64,000 nt of DNA from Eledone cirrhosa (lineage: Eukaryota): contig OZ024744.1 in NCBI GenBank assembly GCA_964016885.1, positions 89,404,001-89,468,000 of the forward strand. Direction: 5' to 3'. Positions 1 to 13,655 of this stretch are shown piece by piece. Position 1 is the stretch's first letter, and every line of letters starts with the position of its first letter. A program made the translations under genes and the position numbers. Under the pieces are notes generated by a model, which saw nothing but the letters and a program-made list of their open reading frames with translations, had not been told where the DNA came from and ran no database searches.

Positions 1-819
1 AATAAAGTTAATATATCTGAGGGTACAAGGTACCCCTAGAAATACATAGATTGTCTATGATTCAAGGTGGTTCTATGGTAATAATTTGATATACCAGAAC
101 TTAATATCAAGATAAGCAGAACAAGTAAAATTCAACCAATTTTTCAAAATAAATCAAAATTAATTTACAATTAAAATTAATCAAAATTTAAAAATATAAT
201 ATAAATATTTACCTATTCAAATGGCCCTTACTGTACAGTTTCACTTTGCAAAACATTAGATATCACATGGATATTAATGGAAAAACAAAGATCATCAGAG
301 AAGCATTTTCCTTTCCTAGGGTTAAAAACCTCAGGAACGATAAAATATATGACCTCGTCTCCAACTGACACAGGTCTGAAAGGTCGTAAAAGTGACCCGT
401 ATGTACGCTGGTGTGAAGTGAAGGCGGGAAATCGTAGACTTGTTGTCTATAGTCGCCACTAAAAAAATTAGCAGCTAGATAGAACGACAGATTTGTTCTC
501 TACATAACGGAGAATAATGAATAAAGTTAATATATCTGAGGGTACAAGGTACCCCTAGAAATACATAGGTTGTCTATGATTCAAGGTGGTTCTATGGTAA
601 TAATTTGATATACCAGAACTTAATATGAAGATAAGCAGAACAAGTAAAATTCAACCAATTTTTCAAAATCTAATGTTTTTCAAAGTGAAACTGTACAGTA
701 AGGGCCATTTGAACAGGTAAATATTTATATTATATTTTTTAATTTTGATTAATTTTAATTGTAAATTAATTTTGATTTATTTTGAAAAATTGGTTGAATT
801 TTACTTGTTCTGCTTATCT

Positions 820-821
<2 letters not shown>
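1..821 (-). mobile_element. Penelope-like pseudo-LTR cassette (direct plus inverted copies) carrying a hammerhead ribozyme
   Basis: 1-149 is repeated at 520-668; 669-821 is the reverse complement of about 109-261; hammerhead at 225-301; abuts (TA)n at 822. Confidence 0.7.
225..301 (-). ncRNA. Type I hammerhead ribozyme
   Basis: Minus strand: ctct CTGATGA tCTTTG...CAAAGt GAA ACTGTACAGT A aggg; palindromic stem III. Confidence 0.75.
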
Positions 822-908
<87 letters not shown>

Positions 909-1342
909 TAAGTCACGCTTTTAATTTTATTAACGGACATTATAAAACTAAATGCGATGGCACGTTGTTTATTCAATGCTACTACCTACATTAGTAAGGA
1001 GTCTGCAGCAAAAAAATAAAAACTAGGTACATTCTATAATCTACATTTCCCACAGGTTATTAATCTTGTTCCCACAATAAAACAAAGACAGGAGAGTTAA
1101 CATTAACACTAAATGATTAAAGTTGAAAAGTCGTTCACTTAAGCAAACTGTTCAAAGAATACTTAATTGGCTGATATGAACTGTCGTCCAACAGACTCCA
1201 AGATAAGTGCTTAGCTGTCTAGATGTTTGTATGTGTATGTGCGTACACGCCTGTGTTAGAGAGTGGGTTAGTGAGTTAGTAAGTAGATTTGCACACCGAC
1301 AGTGTAATGTGTGCAAATGTGTGCATGTGTGTGTGTCAATGC

Positions 1343-1454
<112 letters not shown>

Positions 1455-1979
1455 AGGAGTGTAGGTGCATGAACATAAACGTGTGTGTGTGAATGTGTGG
1501 GTTTTTCGCCACTCACGATTTAAGGTTTAGGTTAGTGTTTCGTGTATTTGAAAGCAATTTACTTATCAGAACTTCTCCTTGGGAATGACTGACTGGACTT
1601 AGTGCTGATTCCACCGTTGGCGATTCCCACGGACAAATTAGGCACTTAGTGAAACACTTCTTAAGCAGCATTAGTCGGCCGATTTATTAAGGAGGGAGAG
1701 ATAGACAGATAAAGCGAGAGGGAGAGAGAGGGGGGCAGGGGGGAGAGAGAGAGAGACCAAAGCAGCTAAGAAAGTAGTTAAAATCTTTTAATTATTTACT
1801 GCCTATCGCTGTTCTCTTGTTACTCGTTAAAAATATACATATTTCTGGCGACAAAAGTTCAATCTTTAATCTGGGTAGTAAGTACTTTGTTTCTGCCAAA
1901 CTTATATTCTCTTTTAACTTAACTTAATTGTTTCTGAGAAAATATCAATATTTTTTTATGCCAAGTATTTTCTAAAAGT

Positions 1980-2105
1980 CTTTGTTGTTATTGTTGTTGT
2001 TGTTGTTGTTGATGGTGGTGGTGGTGGTGGTGGTGGTGGTGGTGGTGTTGCTGTTGTTGTTGTTGCTGTTGTTGTTGGTGTTGTTGTTGTTGTTGCTGTT
2101 GCTGC

Positions 2106-2142
<37 letters not shown>

Positions 2143-2144
2143 GC

Positions 2145-2176
<32 letters not shown>

Positions 2177-2312
2177 CTGCTGTTGCTGTTGCTGTTGTTG
2201 TTGCTGTTGTTGTTGATGTTGTTGCTGCTGTTGCTGTTGTTGTTGCTGCTGTTGTTGTTGTCGCTGCTGCTGCTGTTGCTGTTACTGTTGTTGCTGCTGT
2301 TGTTGCTGCTAC

Positions 2313-2351
<39 letters not shown>

Positions 2352-2370
2352 CGCTGTCGCTGTCGTTGTT
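1980..2370. repeat. (TTG/CTG/GTG)n trinucleotide microsatellite
   Basis: Direct inspection; explains the poly-Thr and poly-Leu ORFs. Confidence 0.95.
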
Positions 2371-2627
2371 CGGCAGGATGTGAACTCAGAACGCAAAAAC
2401 ACAAAACAAATATCCAATGCTGTATCGTCTCTGCGAAATTGACCGCCTAATTTAACAATTAAGAAGTGATATTTGTTTTCTTCATTTAGTTTTTAATCAG
2501 TTAATTTAGCTTTTATTTTCTCTGTAATCACACACAGATTCTGTCTCAACGATTTCTTCTACTCCTTAGTTTGACGTTGTTCCATGTTATGTAAATCTAT
2601 ATATAAATTTGAACGACTTCCGTCCTT

Positions 2628-2822
2628 CCGTCACGCACGACATATGACTGAGGTAAAAAAAAGGTGATGAGGTCACGCACTAGAGATGACTGAGGAAGGA
2701 AGGGTGATAACGTCACGTTTTAGAGATAACTGAGGAAGGACGGGATATGACGTCACTCACTAGAGATGATTGAGGAAGGAAGGGGTGATGTCGCCACACA
2801 CTAGAGATGATTGAGGAAGGAG
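2628..2822 (+). repeat. ~46-bp degenerate tandem repeat, about 4 copies
   Basis: Unit about cgtcacgcactagagatgactgaggaaggaaggggtgatga. Confidence 0.85.
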
Positions 2823-2990
2823 GACGCCATGCTTTGCAGCATAGAATTATGGTCCTTTACGGTCTGAGGTCAAATCCCGCCGAGTTTAACTTTGCCTTTC
2901 ATCCTTACGGGGTCGATAAAATAAGGCACCAGCAACGTACTGGGGTCGATTTAATCGACTTTCCTTCTCCCCACCAAATTACTAGCCTAA
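2822..2990 (+). mobile_element. 5'-truncated tRNA-derived SINE (dominant family A)
   Basis: ggacgccatgctttgcagc...gaggtcaaatcccgccgag...ctttcatccttacggggtcgataaaata, as in the many other copies. Confidence 0.85.
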
Positions 2991-3181
2991 ATTACTTATA
3001 CTAAAAATCATTATAATCCGACTCTCCAAAAGCTGTATCAGATTTCTTTTTATGAAATAAAGGATTCTCAAGTTCTCAATCGGATAAGTAATTTCCAACT
3101 ATGACGGTTCTTTGTAAATTCTCACAAACCATGGTTTGTAGGAATTCCCCAAATAATGACATGCTTGAAATTTCCTCTATA

Positions 3182-4760
3182 AATTCTCGGGTCACAAATA
3201 ACAGGGGGTTTCGAATAAGCAGAGGGTTGGAATAAGCAGAGGTTTGGAATAAACAGGGGGTTGGAATAAACAGAGAGTTGGAATAAACAGGGGTTGGAAT
3301 AAACAGGGGTTTGGAATAAACAGGTGGTTGGAATAAACAGGTGGTTGGAATAAACAGTGGGTTGGAATAAACAGTGGGTTGGAATAAACAGTGGGTTGAA
3401 ATGAACAGTGGGTTGGAATAAACATGTGATTTGGAATAGACAGAGAGTTGGAATAAACAGGGGGTTGGAATAAACAAGGGGTTGGAATAAACAGGGTTGG
3501 AATAAACAGGATTGGAATAAACAGAGAATTGGAATAAACAGAGAGTTGGAATAAACAGGGGTTGGAATAAACAGGGGGTTGGAATAAACAGGGGGTTGGA
3601 ATAAACATGGGGTTGAAATAAACAGGGGTTGGAATAAACAGGGGTTGGAATAAAGAGGATTGGAATATACAGGGGATTGGAATAAACAGAGAATTGGAAT
3701 AAACAGAGAGTTGGAATAAACAGGGTGTTGGAATAAACAGGGGGTTGAAATAAACAGGGGGTTGGAATAAACAGGGGGTTGGAATAAACAGGTTTTGGAA
3801 TAAATAGAGAGTCTGAATAAACAGGGGGTTGGAATAAACAGGGGGTTGGAATAAACATGGGAGTTGGAATAAAAAGAGGGTTGGAATAAACAGAGAGTTG
3901 GAATAAACAGGGTGTTGGAATAAACATGGCAGTTGGAATAAACAGGGGGTTGAAATAAACAGAGAGTTGGAATAAACAGGGGGTTGGAATATACAGGGTG
4001 TTGGAATAAACTGGGGGTCGGAATAAACAGAGAGTTGGAATAAACAGGGGCTTGGAATATACAGGGTGTTGGAATAAACTGGGGGTTGGAATAAACAGGG
4101 GTTTGGAATGAACAGGGGAGTTGGAATAAACTGGGTGTTGGAATAATCAGAGAGTTGGGATAAACAGAGAGTTGGAATAAACAGGGGAGTTGGAATAAAT
4201 AGGGGGTTGGAATATACAGGGTGTTGGAATAAACTGTAGGCTGGAATAAACAGGGGATTGGAATAAACAGGATGTTGGAATAAACTGGGTGTTGGAATAA
4301 ACAGAGGCTTGGAATAAACTGGGTGTTCCGAATAAACAGAACGTTGGAACAAACAGGGTGTTGGAATAAACTGGGGGTTGGAATAAACAGGGGGTTGGAA
4401 TAAACAGGAGTTTGGAATGAACAGGGGGTTGGAATAAACATGGGGGTTGGAATAAGCAAGGGTGTGAAATCTGTAATTTTCTTAGGTTGTCCCCGTTGAT
4501 TTTTCTCGAATCCAGAATTAGACGTTTAGTTTACATATTGAGACTCCAAGCCATCCTATTTATTTCATATCGACGTATGGAATTTCTAGTAATGTACTTT
4601 TTTTGTCATTCATAATGTTTGTTTGTTTTTTAATGTATAAAGAAAATGCTACCACTTAAAATAAAATTGAGAGATAGACTAACAAAATTTAATAAGCGGA
4701 AGGGGATATATTAAAAATTATCAAGCGGGGGTGGGGACAATTATTAGCGATCCGAGAGTA
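3182..4760. mobile_element. Putative non-autonomous TIR DNA transposon containing a minisatellite
   Basis: Left aattctcgggtcacaaataa vs right end reverse complement tactctcggatcgctaataa (15/20 match). Confidence 0.5.
3222..4457 (+). repeat. ~18-21-bp minisatellite, core GTTGGAATAAACAG(G/A)n, roughly 60 units
   Basis: Direct inspection; produces the repetitive PVYSN/LFIPT ORFs. Confidence 0.95.
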
Positions 4761-4929
4761 ACACCTGAGAGGGTCATAAGAGGAGCACCATCGTGATATA
4801 CCTCGTTTCTTGAACATTTTAAACCTTGTGGAGGCGATCTATACTTTCTCTAGATCGGAACTCAGCCGATTTCTACCAGAGAAAGAAAGTGATAGAGATG
4901 AAGTGAGGAGAGATAAGCAAATAAATCAG

Positions 4930-5077
4930 CCCCACTACTAGTACATTTGTTTATCGACCGGGAAAGGATGAATCACAATGTTCATCGAGGCAGGATTTGA
5001 AGTCAGAGTCGAAACGAATACCGCAAAGCTTTCTATCCGACGCTCTAGCGTCTAACTGCTCTGCCAAATTCACCACC
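4930..5077 (-). mobile_element. Diverged tRNA-derived SINE related to family A
   Basis: ttatcgaccgggaaaggatga...ggatttgaagtcaga...ctgccaaattcaccacc resembles the family A reverse complement. Confidence 0.6.
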
Positions 5078-5094
5078 TCTCTCCCTCCCCTCTC

Positions 5095-5176
<82 letters not shown>

Positions 5177-5178
5177 TC

Positions 5179-5224
<46 letters not shown>

Positions 5225-5302
5225 CTGTATGTATGCATATATGTGTGGTGTGCGTGTGCGTGTGTGTGAGTGCGTATTGTGTTGTTATTTATGTTTACCT
5301 TT

Positions 5303-5355
<53 letters not shown>

Positions 5356-5356
5356 G

Positions 5357-5400
<44 letters not shown>

Positions 5401-5639
5401 TATTTCTTTATTAGCCACAGGGGCACAAAAGAAGGGGACAAATACAAAGGGGGAAGTTTACATACAATAAAAACGTGTAAAATGTTATCACAAATGCAAT
5501 TTAAAAAATTAGTCGATTTTCCCCAATAGAGGGAGACAGTTTATATGGGTAACACATACCCCCGAAAAAATGTGCAACCCTCAACTCCAGGAGTACAAAG
5601 AGTTTTTACTCCTTTCCTCTCTTCCTCTTTTTCCTCAAC

Positions 5640-8600
5640 CTACAGGCTGATATAGAGAGAAGGCCCATTCACTCGGGCCATTCTCGCCACTTTCACCCAC
5701 CTTTCATAAAACTTGCTGGGGTACAGCACCTCTCTCTCCATCCTGATTCTTCTTCCAAAGTGGTATTTGAAAAAAAGAATCAGTTGTTGGCCGGAGAGAA
5801 AGGTGTCTGACCTCAGCCTTTTCAACCTTGTCCACCATACAACCACTTTCGCCATAGCTATCACACAAAGGAAAACCGCCTCTCCTTCGTTTTTGAAGGA
5901 GGGTGGCGGTTTGATCATGACAATGGACTCGGTGGTCAACCGGATTGTTCCCACCCGCGACAATAGTCGTTCTACATAGCCCCACAGGTCAGTGACGCCC
6001 GGGCAGTGTATCAATGCGTGCGCGACGGTTTCTTCGTTACGCACGCACCTCGGACAGATCTTTTTTGCAGGGTCCTTGCCCGGGCGCCCATGTCTGTAGA
6101 GCTTGTCTCGAACTGGTAGAGCTCCTCGGTAGCACTGCCAGGCCAGGGACTTTTGGAAGTTGTCCATCGGTCTCGGGCGGAAGGTCCTACCGAACAGACT
6201 GGCCAGTTCGTCTTCCTCTACGCCTAGAGTTTCACCGAGCACGTCATCGCACTTGCTGCGGATCAACCCTCTATAGAATGACGAAGTGGAGTCTCCACTG
6301 ATCGCCGGGTCCGCCTGTCAGAGGGCTGTGAGCGCCTGAGCACATTCGAAGTTCCAGTCGCCCATTTTCTTCGGTCTTTGCTTGACCCAGGACTGCAGCT
6401 CAGTCAGCGAGACGAGTCGTGGGAAGGCGCGCCTCACGAACGGGGCCCATACCGGTTGTCCGGTGAGGAATACGTAGAGATGCCGCAGCCTGAGCGCGTG
6501 TTTGCTCGTCGTCAGCCACGGCATCCTCAGCCCTCCGTTCGAAGGGCGTTGTCAGCAGATGGATCTTCTCACCAAAGGAGCCTTCCTCTTCCAAAGAGGC
6601 GGGCTTCCATTTTGGCGAGCGTTTTGGCTGGACAAGTCACGACGGTCAAGTAGATGGCGGACGCTATAAAAGTGTTCGCCACCTCCGCACGACCTTTCAA
6701 GGATAGTTTACACTCGGCCCACTTCTGGGTGAGTGCAAACACCTTGGCCGTCACCTCGTTCCAGTTCTTCTCCACCTGAAGGTCCGGACCAAACCAGACC
6801 CCGAGCAGCTTTACTGGTCCTTCCGTCCAGCGTCCGACGACGCCATCGGAAGGCATCGGTTTGCCTCCCCACGATCCGTGTTGCAAACCGATGGACTTGT
6901 CCCGGTTCAGCTTCGCTCCTGTGAACCTTTCGTATTCCTTCAGTAAGGTGCCGACTTCCTCGATTTGCGAGGCGCTCGACACCATTACTGTTATGTCGTC
7001 GGCGTAGGCCGACCCCGCTTTCCGCAGTCCTGGTTCCAGAGGGATGCTCTGCAATAGCTCCAACTTCCGCAGTAGTGGCTCGAGAGTCAATACGTACAGA
7101 AGGGAGGAGAGAGGGCATCCCTGTCAAATGGATCGCGTGATATGGAACGGCTCCGAGAGGTAGCCGTTCACCTTAACCCTTGAGCAGATGTTGCTGTTAT
7201 GCATTGCAGCAATCCAGCCCCTGAACACGGGTCCGAAGCCTGCCGCCTCGAGCACCGCATCCAGGTAACAATAGTCGACCCTATCGAAAGCCTTAGACTG
7301 ATCCAAGTTGATCAGGGCCACACCTAAGCCGGGTTTACACCCTACCCTCTTTATGATGTATCGCATGAGGTGGAGATTGTCGTGTATGGACCTGGTCGGG
7401 ATTGCGCATGTCTGCGCTTCTCCCACCAAGTTCTCGACGGCAAGCGCCAGCCTCTTTGCCAACACCTTGGCCAAAATCTGTAACTCTGTGTTTAGCAGAG
7501 TTATGGGTCGGAAGTTGCCTATGTCATCCCCCTTATTCTCGTCCTTCCTGACTAGTGTGACTACGCCCACGGTTACAGAACTGGGAATTCTCCCGTTCTG
7601 TTGCCAGTTGCAGTAGAGCGCTTCCAGGAGCCCGGAGAATAAGTCCGGCATTGCTACGTAAAATTCGTAGGGTAGACCGTTGAGACCTGGAGATTTTCGT
7701 TTGCCGCATTGGCTCAGCGCGTCCCCTATCTCAGCGGCTGAAATCGGCTTTTCGCAGAACTTTGCCTCGCTGTCCGAGAGTGGCGGTAGGCCGTCGAGGT
7801 ATGGACCGAAATCCATAGCCCTTCCCGGCGCGCCGCCCAGCCCGAACAGCTGAGCAAAGTGCCGCTGAAAGGCCGCACACATCTGCTTCAGCTCACGTAT
7901 CACGTGTCCGTTTTGGTCCTTCAAAGACCGAATCGTGGACTCGTTGCCACTTTTTGCCTCCGTCACTCTGGCCCAGCTAACAGCTTTGGCTCCCTCGTTT
8001 CCCAGAGCACGTATTTTGCTTCTGACAACGCAGCCCTCATGCTTTGCGTCGAAGAACTGGTCCAAGGCCGTTCTCGTTGCTAACACGCTGGCTACGTTGC
8101 TACTTCTAATTGCCTCTTCTACTTTATCTACCAGTTCTTTCTGGTTCTATTTCTATCTAACGCTAATTCTTTACTAAAAACTAACGAGTCTAATCTAACT
8201 GCCCTCTTGAGAGAGTACCACCATCTGTTGTTGACAATGGACCCTGTCAAGTGCTGTTTAACTAAAGTTCTAATCCGTCTACTGTAGGCTTTGCATGTCG
8301 GTAACGTTTTGCATGTTCAGCTTCCAGTAGCCGGGTCCTTGTCTATGGGTTCTATAAAGGTTGACCATGCAAGTCACTTTTTTGTGATCTGAATAGGCAA
8401 CCATGAACATTTGTGGACAGCTTAACATGTCCCTATCCTTATTTCTAACTAGAACCCTATCTAGGTACGATCTAGCTGTTCCGCTACGATTAGTCCACGT
8501 CCACAGTGGCACAGTCGGAAAATCTAGTCGATATCTATCGGCCAGGTCAAATCGACCGATTAACTGTTTGAGGATGTTACACCCACTCACCCCATCCCCA

Positions 8601-9049
8601 CCCCTTTATCGGGACATGCTCCCACATAGTCCCAACGTGCATCTAGGATTCCATTCCAGTCCCCCACTGAAAGCAAGGAGCGGGACGTTCCCAGAAAAGT
8701 CTCTAGACGTTTGAAGAAGTCTGGCCGCGGTCTCCCGGATGGGGCATATGCGGCCACCAACCTGAAGGCTCCACCTTCACTACCGTCAACGTCTAGGACC
8801 ACCAGATGTACCGTCTGTGTTACGAGGCCCAGGTGTTTCCGCAGCAAAACGGCAACTCCGCCTCTACCCCCCGGCTGACAGAGAGATGAGTAGATCTCAA
8901 AGTCATCGAAGATGGGGTCCAGCTGTCGCTCGCTGTGGATCCTGGATTCGCAAATGGCTACTACATCCATACTGTGCGACCTGAGGTCGTTTAAGAGTTT
9001 GCATCCCCAGGCCGCGTACATTCACACACCCAACTCTTATATTGGCCAT
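5640..9049 (-). pseudogene. LINE ORF2 (APE endonuclease + reverse transcriptase), frameshifted
   Basis: MANIRVGCVNVRGL, VGDWN, SYLDRVL, YSDH, GPGYWKLN, KSPGLNG, NFRPITLLN, LDQSKAFDRV, AYADD, CPRC...ETVAHALIHC spread over several frames. Confidence 0.93.
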
Positions 9050-9087
9050 TGTTGGTTCTGAAAAGTTAAAAGAGGAGAAGAAAACAC

Positions 9088-10090
9088 TCACCTCTTCGTC
9101 TCCCGGGGATCAGGCCGCACGGTTTCCATGGGGGTGTTAGAGGAGTTGTCTGGGTGGATGGTGGTTTCCGTTGGGGTGGGGACGGAGATGTTTGGTGGGG
9201 TGGGGGTGTCTGGGGTGATGGTGGGGGAACTTTTTAAAAGGACGCGGTTAATGGGTTTAACACAAGGATTACCCACGTCCTTAGGAAAGTCTTCCTTTAA
9301 AGACTTATAGGTGTCCGTAGGGAGCCTAATCATCTTTAAATTAGGTTTGTCTACACAGTTCGAAAAAGTTTTCCCTTCGGTGAAAACCTCCATTAAAGTT
9401 TTGTTTTTACTGTTTATGTATGTGTAATGTTCTTGTTGTGTTCCGGTGGGTTTTTTCTGTTGTTCTTGTGGGAGCTTTCGTTTTGTTGTAGGTGTTTGTG
9501 TTTGGAGTGATGTCGTGGTTTTGTTTTCGGGGCGGGGGGGTTTTGTTTGTAATGTTTGTGTTGTTTGTGTTGGTGGTTGTATGTTTGTAGTGATGTTTGT
9601 TGTTTTTTTGTTCTTGTGTCTTTTCTTCTTTCTTTTCGAACGGAGAGGCTCTCCCTCATCATCACTTGGTGATGATGTGGGGGCCTCGTCCGTTGTGGTG
9701 TCTGTGTTATTTGGAAGGGGTATATTTTGGGGAGCTGTTGTGTTTGTGGGTGTTTTTGCAGTGGTTTTATGTGGAGTGGGTTGGGTGGGACTGTGCTTGC
9801 AGGTTGGGTTGTTGTTCTTGTTTTGGTTGTGTTTGCGTGTTGTTGTTGTTGTGGTGGTGGTGGTGGTGGTGGTTGTGTTGTTGTTTTGGGTGTTGGCAGT
9901 AGTGCCTCTTTTTTTTTTTTTTAGTTAACTGAGGACAGTAAGCCTTCAGGTGACCACTGCTTAAACAGTGGTAACATGAAGGCCGCCTACCCTCAACAGA
10001 AATGTTTATGTTTGAAATTCCATCCAGAGGCACACGTTGGGGTATTTTAGCTATCCGTTCTGGCCTCATTTGGACCAGAACTTCCATGCT
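9088..10090 (-). pseudogene. LINE ORF1 remnant (gag-like CCHC zinc knuckle, low-complexity C-terminus)
   Basis: EGRRPSCYHCLSSGHLKAYC = CX2CX4HX4C, upstream of ORF2. Confidence 0.8.
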
Positions 10091-10111
10091 TGTATAGATA
10101 GAAAGATATAT

Positions 10112-10212
<101 letters not shown>

Positions 10213-10658
10213 TAGACACAAGATTGCATATCGGAACTTTTGGCTGTTTATATTTTACTGTGATACTGTAGTTAAAATGCAAATCCCAGAAGACTCAATC
10301 CATATCGAGCTATAAATAAATATTACAGAGTATTATAGGTTAGTGATGTACAAGTAGCGTCCATTAATGGTAATGTAAAAATATGTAAATCACTGCAGCA
10401 GTTTGTCATGTATTAACAGCATATACACATGAGTGAAAACATACAGATCTACGTATGCAATAATATACATACCTGCACATATACACACACACGCTCATAC
10501 ACACACACGCGCACACACACGTGTATATATATATCTATATAATTTTTTTTAAATATATATATATATATATATATATAAGTATACACAGACATACACACAC
10601 GTACACACACGCGCACACGCACATATATATATACACACACACACATATATATATATGC

Positions 10659-10767
<109 letters not shown>

Positions 10768-10985
10768 AAAGAATAGAGGTGTAACACACAAGTTATGATA
10801 TATTGGTAAACGGAAAAGAAAATGCTGACAAATTGTTCACAGTGAAAAATATTTTAGTTAGGAATAAGTGAGAATTAGTAATAGTATTGGTTAGTATTCA
10901 GTTTTGATGGTATTAAATAAATGGAAACTATATTTATAAAACCATATTTATATATATTATATATATTTTATATTATATATATTTT

Positions 10986-11042
10986 ATATTATATATATTT
11001 TAAGGGTACCAAAAATTTTGGTACGCTTTCATCAGATAAAAT
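10986..11042 (-). ncRNA. Degenerate hammerhead ribozyme (G12>A), family shared with 11988 and 58124
   Basis: tttat CTGATGA AAGCGTACC aaaattttt GGTACCCTT AAA ATATATAT A at. Confidence 0.6.
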
Positions 11043-11475
11043 ACAAAATGTTTTATAAATATTTGACATGACCAAGGATAATATACCTTAACGGTTCAAG
11101 TTATCCCTGGAAAGTCCGAGGGATAACTTCGACATACATATATATATATATATATGTGTGTATGTGTGAGTGTATGCGTGTATATACATACACACACAAA
11201 CATATACAGACATATACTTACATAATTACCTAGTTGATGTCTAAATTCCAATGAAAGCGTCTTGATCCTGTGTTAGGAATCGACTCTCTTTCTTTCTCTC
11301 CCTCTCTCTCTCTCTCACTAACTCTCTCCCACTATCTATGTCACTCTCTCTCTCTCTATCTCTGTGAGAAATGGAGAAAAAAAACAGAACATGCATACAT
11401 ACATACATATATACAAACATACATACATATGCATAGATATAAATATGTGTGTGTATATATATGTATGTGTGTGTG

Positions 11476-11510
<35 letters not shown>

Positions 11511-11795
11511 CTTTAGATGTGCGTATATGTGAATTTGTGTCTCACAGGTGGCGCTGTCAACTCCTCTCCGTCTCCTGTTACTTTACTCAAACGTTGTCTT
11601 AATTTTCGAAGGTACATAACTCGCTCAACGTTTCTTAAAGTAGATTGTGTATGCATATGCACACACAGAGACACATATAAATGGATACACGCACTCGCAC
11701 ACACAGACACTTACGCACATGAAAATGCACTCAAAAACGTACATACGCCCACATTCAATTAAAAAAATATAGTGTTTGTGATTTGTGATATGATA

Positions 11796-11849
<54 letters not shown>

Positions 11850-11987
11850 TATATAAGCAAAAGTTATATTTAAGATTGTTGGGTTACAACGAGTAAATAT
11901 TTTATAACTGATATAAAAGCACTCAACAGTTTCTGGAGTAGGTTTACGATATTAAACAAATGGAAACTATATTTATAAAACCATATT

Positions 11988-12053
11988 TATTTCGTTATAT
12001 ATATTTCAGGGATATCATATTAAAAATATGGTATGCCTTCCTCAGACAAAATA
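11988..12053 (-). ncRNA. Type I hammerhead ribozyme
   Basis: tattttgt CTGAGGA AGGCATACCATATT ttt AATATGATATCCCT GAA ATATATAT A acgaaata. Confidence 0.8.
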
Positions 12054-12234
12054 CAATACATAAGCTGTTTTATATATAATTTTTGACATACCTTTTAAAT
12101 AATATATATATTTATATATATAGAGAATTAGTATATTTACGAACATATGCGTACAGATGTACACTAATGCTAGCAAATACATAAGTTATGTCATAGTACC
12201 TAGGTGGTTCAATGCAGGAGGATGCAGAACAATT

Positions 12235-12562
12235 ATATGAAAGACGTAAAATAAGAAAATTTTAAAAATTAAAAATTAACTTACTTACTAAAGGCAGTGA
12301 ACTTTTTCAGTGCTTTGGAATTTAGTCCTCGCTAGCTGTTCCATCCACCGAATTATTATTATTTTTATATGAGTCCCTAGTGTCCGCGCATTGCCTGGAG
12401 ACTTAGCTGAGAATAGACTCCCTGATGACGTAATGAATTCTCGACAGTTACATTACGTAACTATCTTTATCCCATTACAGAAACTAATTAGTTGGAGTGA
12501 AAATTTTAGTAAGTAAGTTAATTTTTAATTTTTAAAATTTTCTTATTTTACGTCTTTCATAT
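12235..12562 (+). mobile_element. Penelope-like/retrozyme cassette with ~57-bp inverted termini
   Basis: About 12235-12292 is the reverse complement of about 12506-12562; internal hammerhead. Confidence 0.7.
12417..12498 (+). ncRNA. Type I hammerhead ribozyme
   Basis: ACTCC CTGATGA cGTAATG...CATTACa GAA ACTAATTAGT T GGAGT; perfect stem I and palindromic stem III. Confidence 0.8.
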
Positions 12563-13270
12563 ATTTATATATATATATATATATTTACACATACTGAATT
12601 CATTTGCCAAAATCTGGGGGTTTCCCCTGTGAGTTACACATGTGCTTTTACAAAACACTGTGTCATCCACAACACTGGCGATTAATGCCTGTTGATAACG
12701 TGATATTCCTCGCTCGATCATTATACCAAAAGCTTATTGTTTTAAGCAGACAGTATTATTGATTTAGGTGTCGCAGAAACCCTGTACTGGATTTTACCAC
12801 CAATTCCAAGGGTCCAAGTTTGTTATATATATGTATATATATATATATGATTATGTCATTTATTTTGTCTGACCTGATTAGCTTGACTTGTTTTTTGGCT
12901 TAGGTGGTTTATGGCTTCTTGACCGCCTTCTCAGTTTGTATGGCCTTTACTTTATAACCTAAGTTTATTGCTCTGGTCTTTTTAGCCCATGGAGCGCTTG
13001 CCAGCATGACTCGGAATTTGCCTTACTTTTCGCTTTTTCTACCCGCCGAAATGCGATTCTCGGTGAATTTATATATATATATATATATATTGGTAAACGG
13101 AAAAGAAAATGCTGACAAATTGTTCCAGTGAAAAATAGTTTAATTAGGAATAAGTAAAAACTAGTAATAGTATTGGTTAGTATTCAGTTTTGGTTTTAAG
13201 TTTTACCGGTTGCGCATTTCTAATGCTTTTCAAAAATAATTTTGAGATAGAGCGCCCGTGATGTTTGCTC

Positions 13271-13358
<88 letters not shown>

Positions 13359-13617
13359 ATTTCACTCTTATTTTCACTCTTGCTTTTATTTTATTTTATT
13401 TTTATCATGTAACACTTTATATGTAAATTGCCATGCTATTTCATTTGATTAATGTCACCCCACTGTTGATCAATATGCGCATATGTTTTATGTGTCTCTT
13501 GGGTTGAAAAGGAGGTCAAGTATGTTATAAATAGCTGCTCCGAAGAATCCAAACCTCGATTTGGAGGAAACAATTGTAAGCAAATAAATGACTTAAACTG
13601 AACTTTGATTACTGTAA

Positions 13618-13655
<38 letters not shown>

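Larger units (their letters stand above)
5402..10092 (-). mobile_element. Tx1/L1-clade non-LTR retrotransposon, 5'-truncated in ORF1, inserted in (GATA)n
   Basis: ORF1 zinc knuckle, APE endonuclease, RT, C-terminal cysteine motif, 3' UTR ending AATAAAGAAATA; (GATA)n on both sides. Confidence 0.93.

Noticed and set aside
3222-4457. CRISPR-like GTTGGAATAAAC repeats
   Set aside because: Linkers are only 5-8 nt and recurrent, there are no cas genes, and the context is eukaryotic
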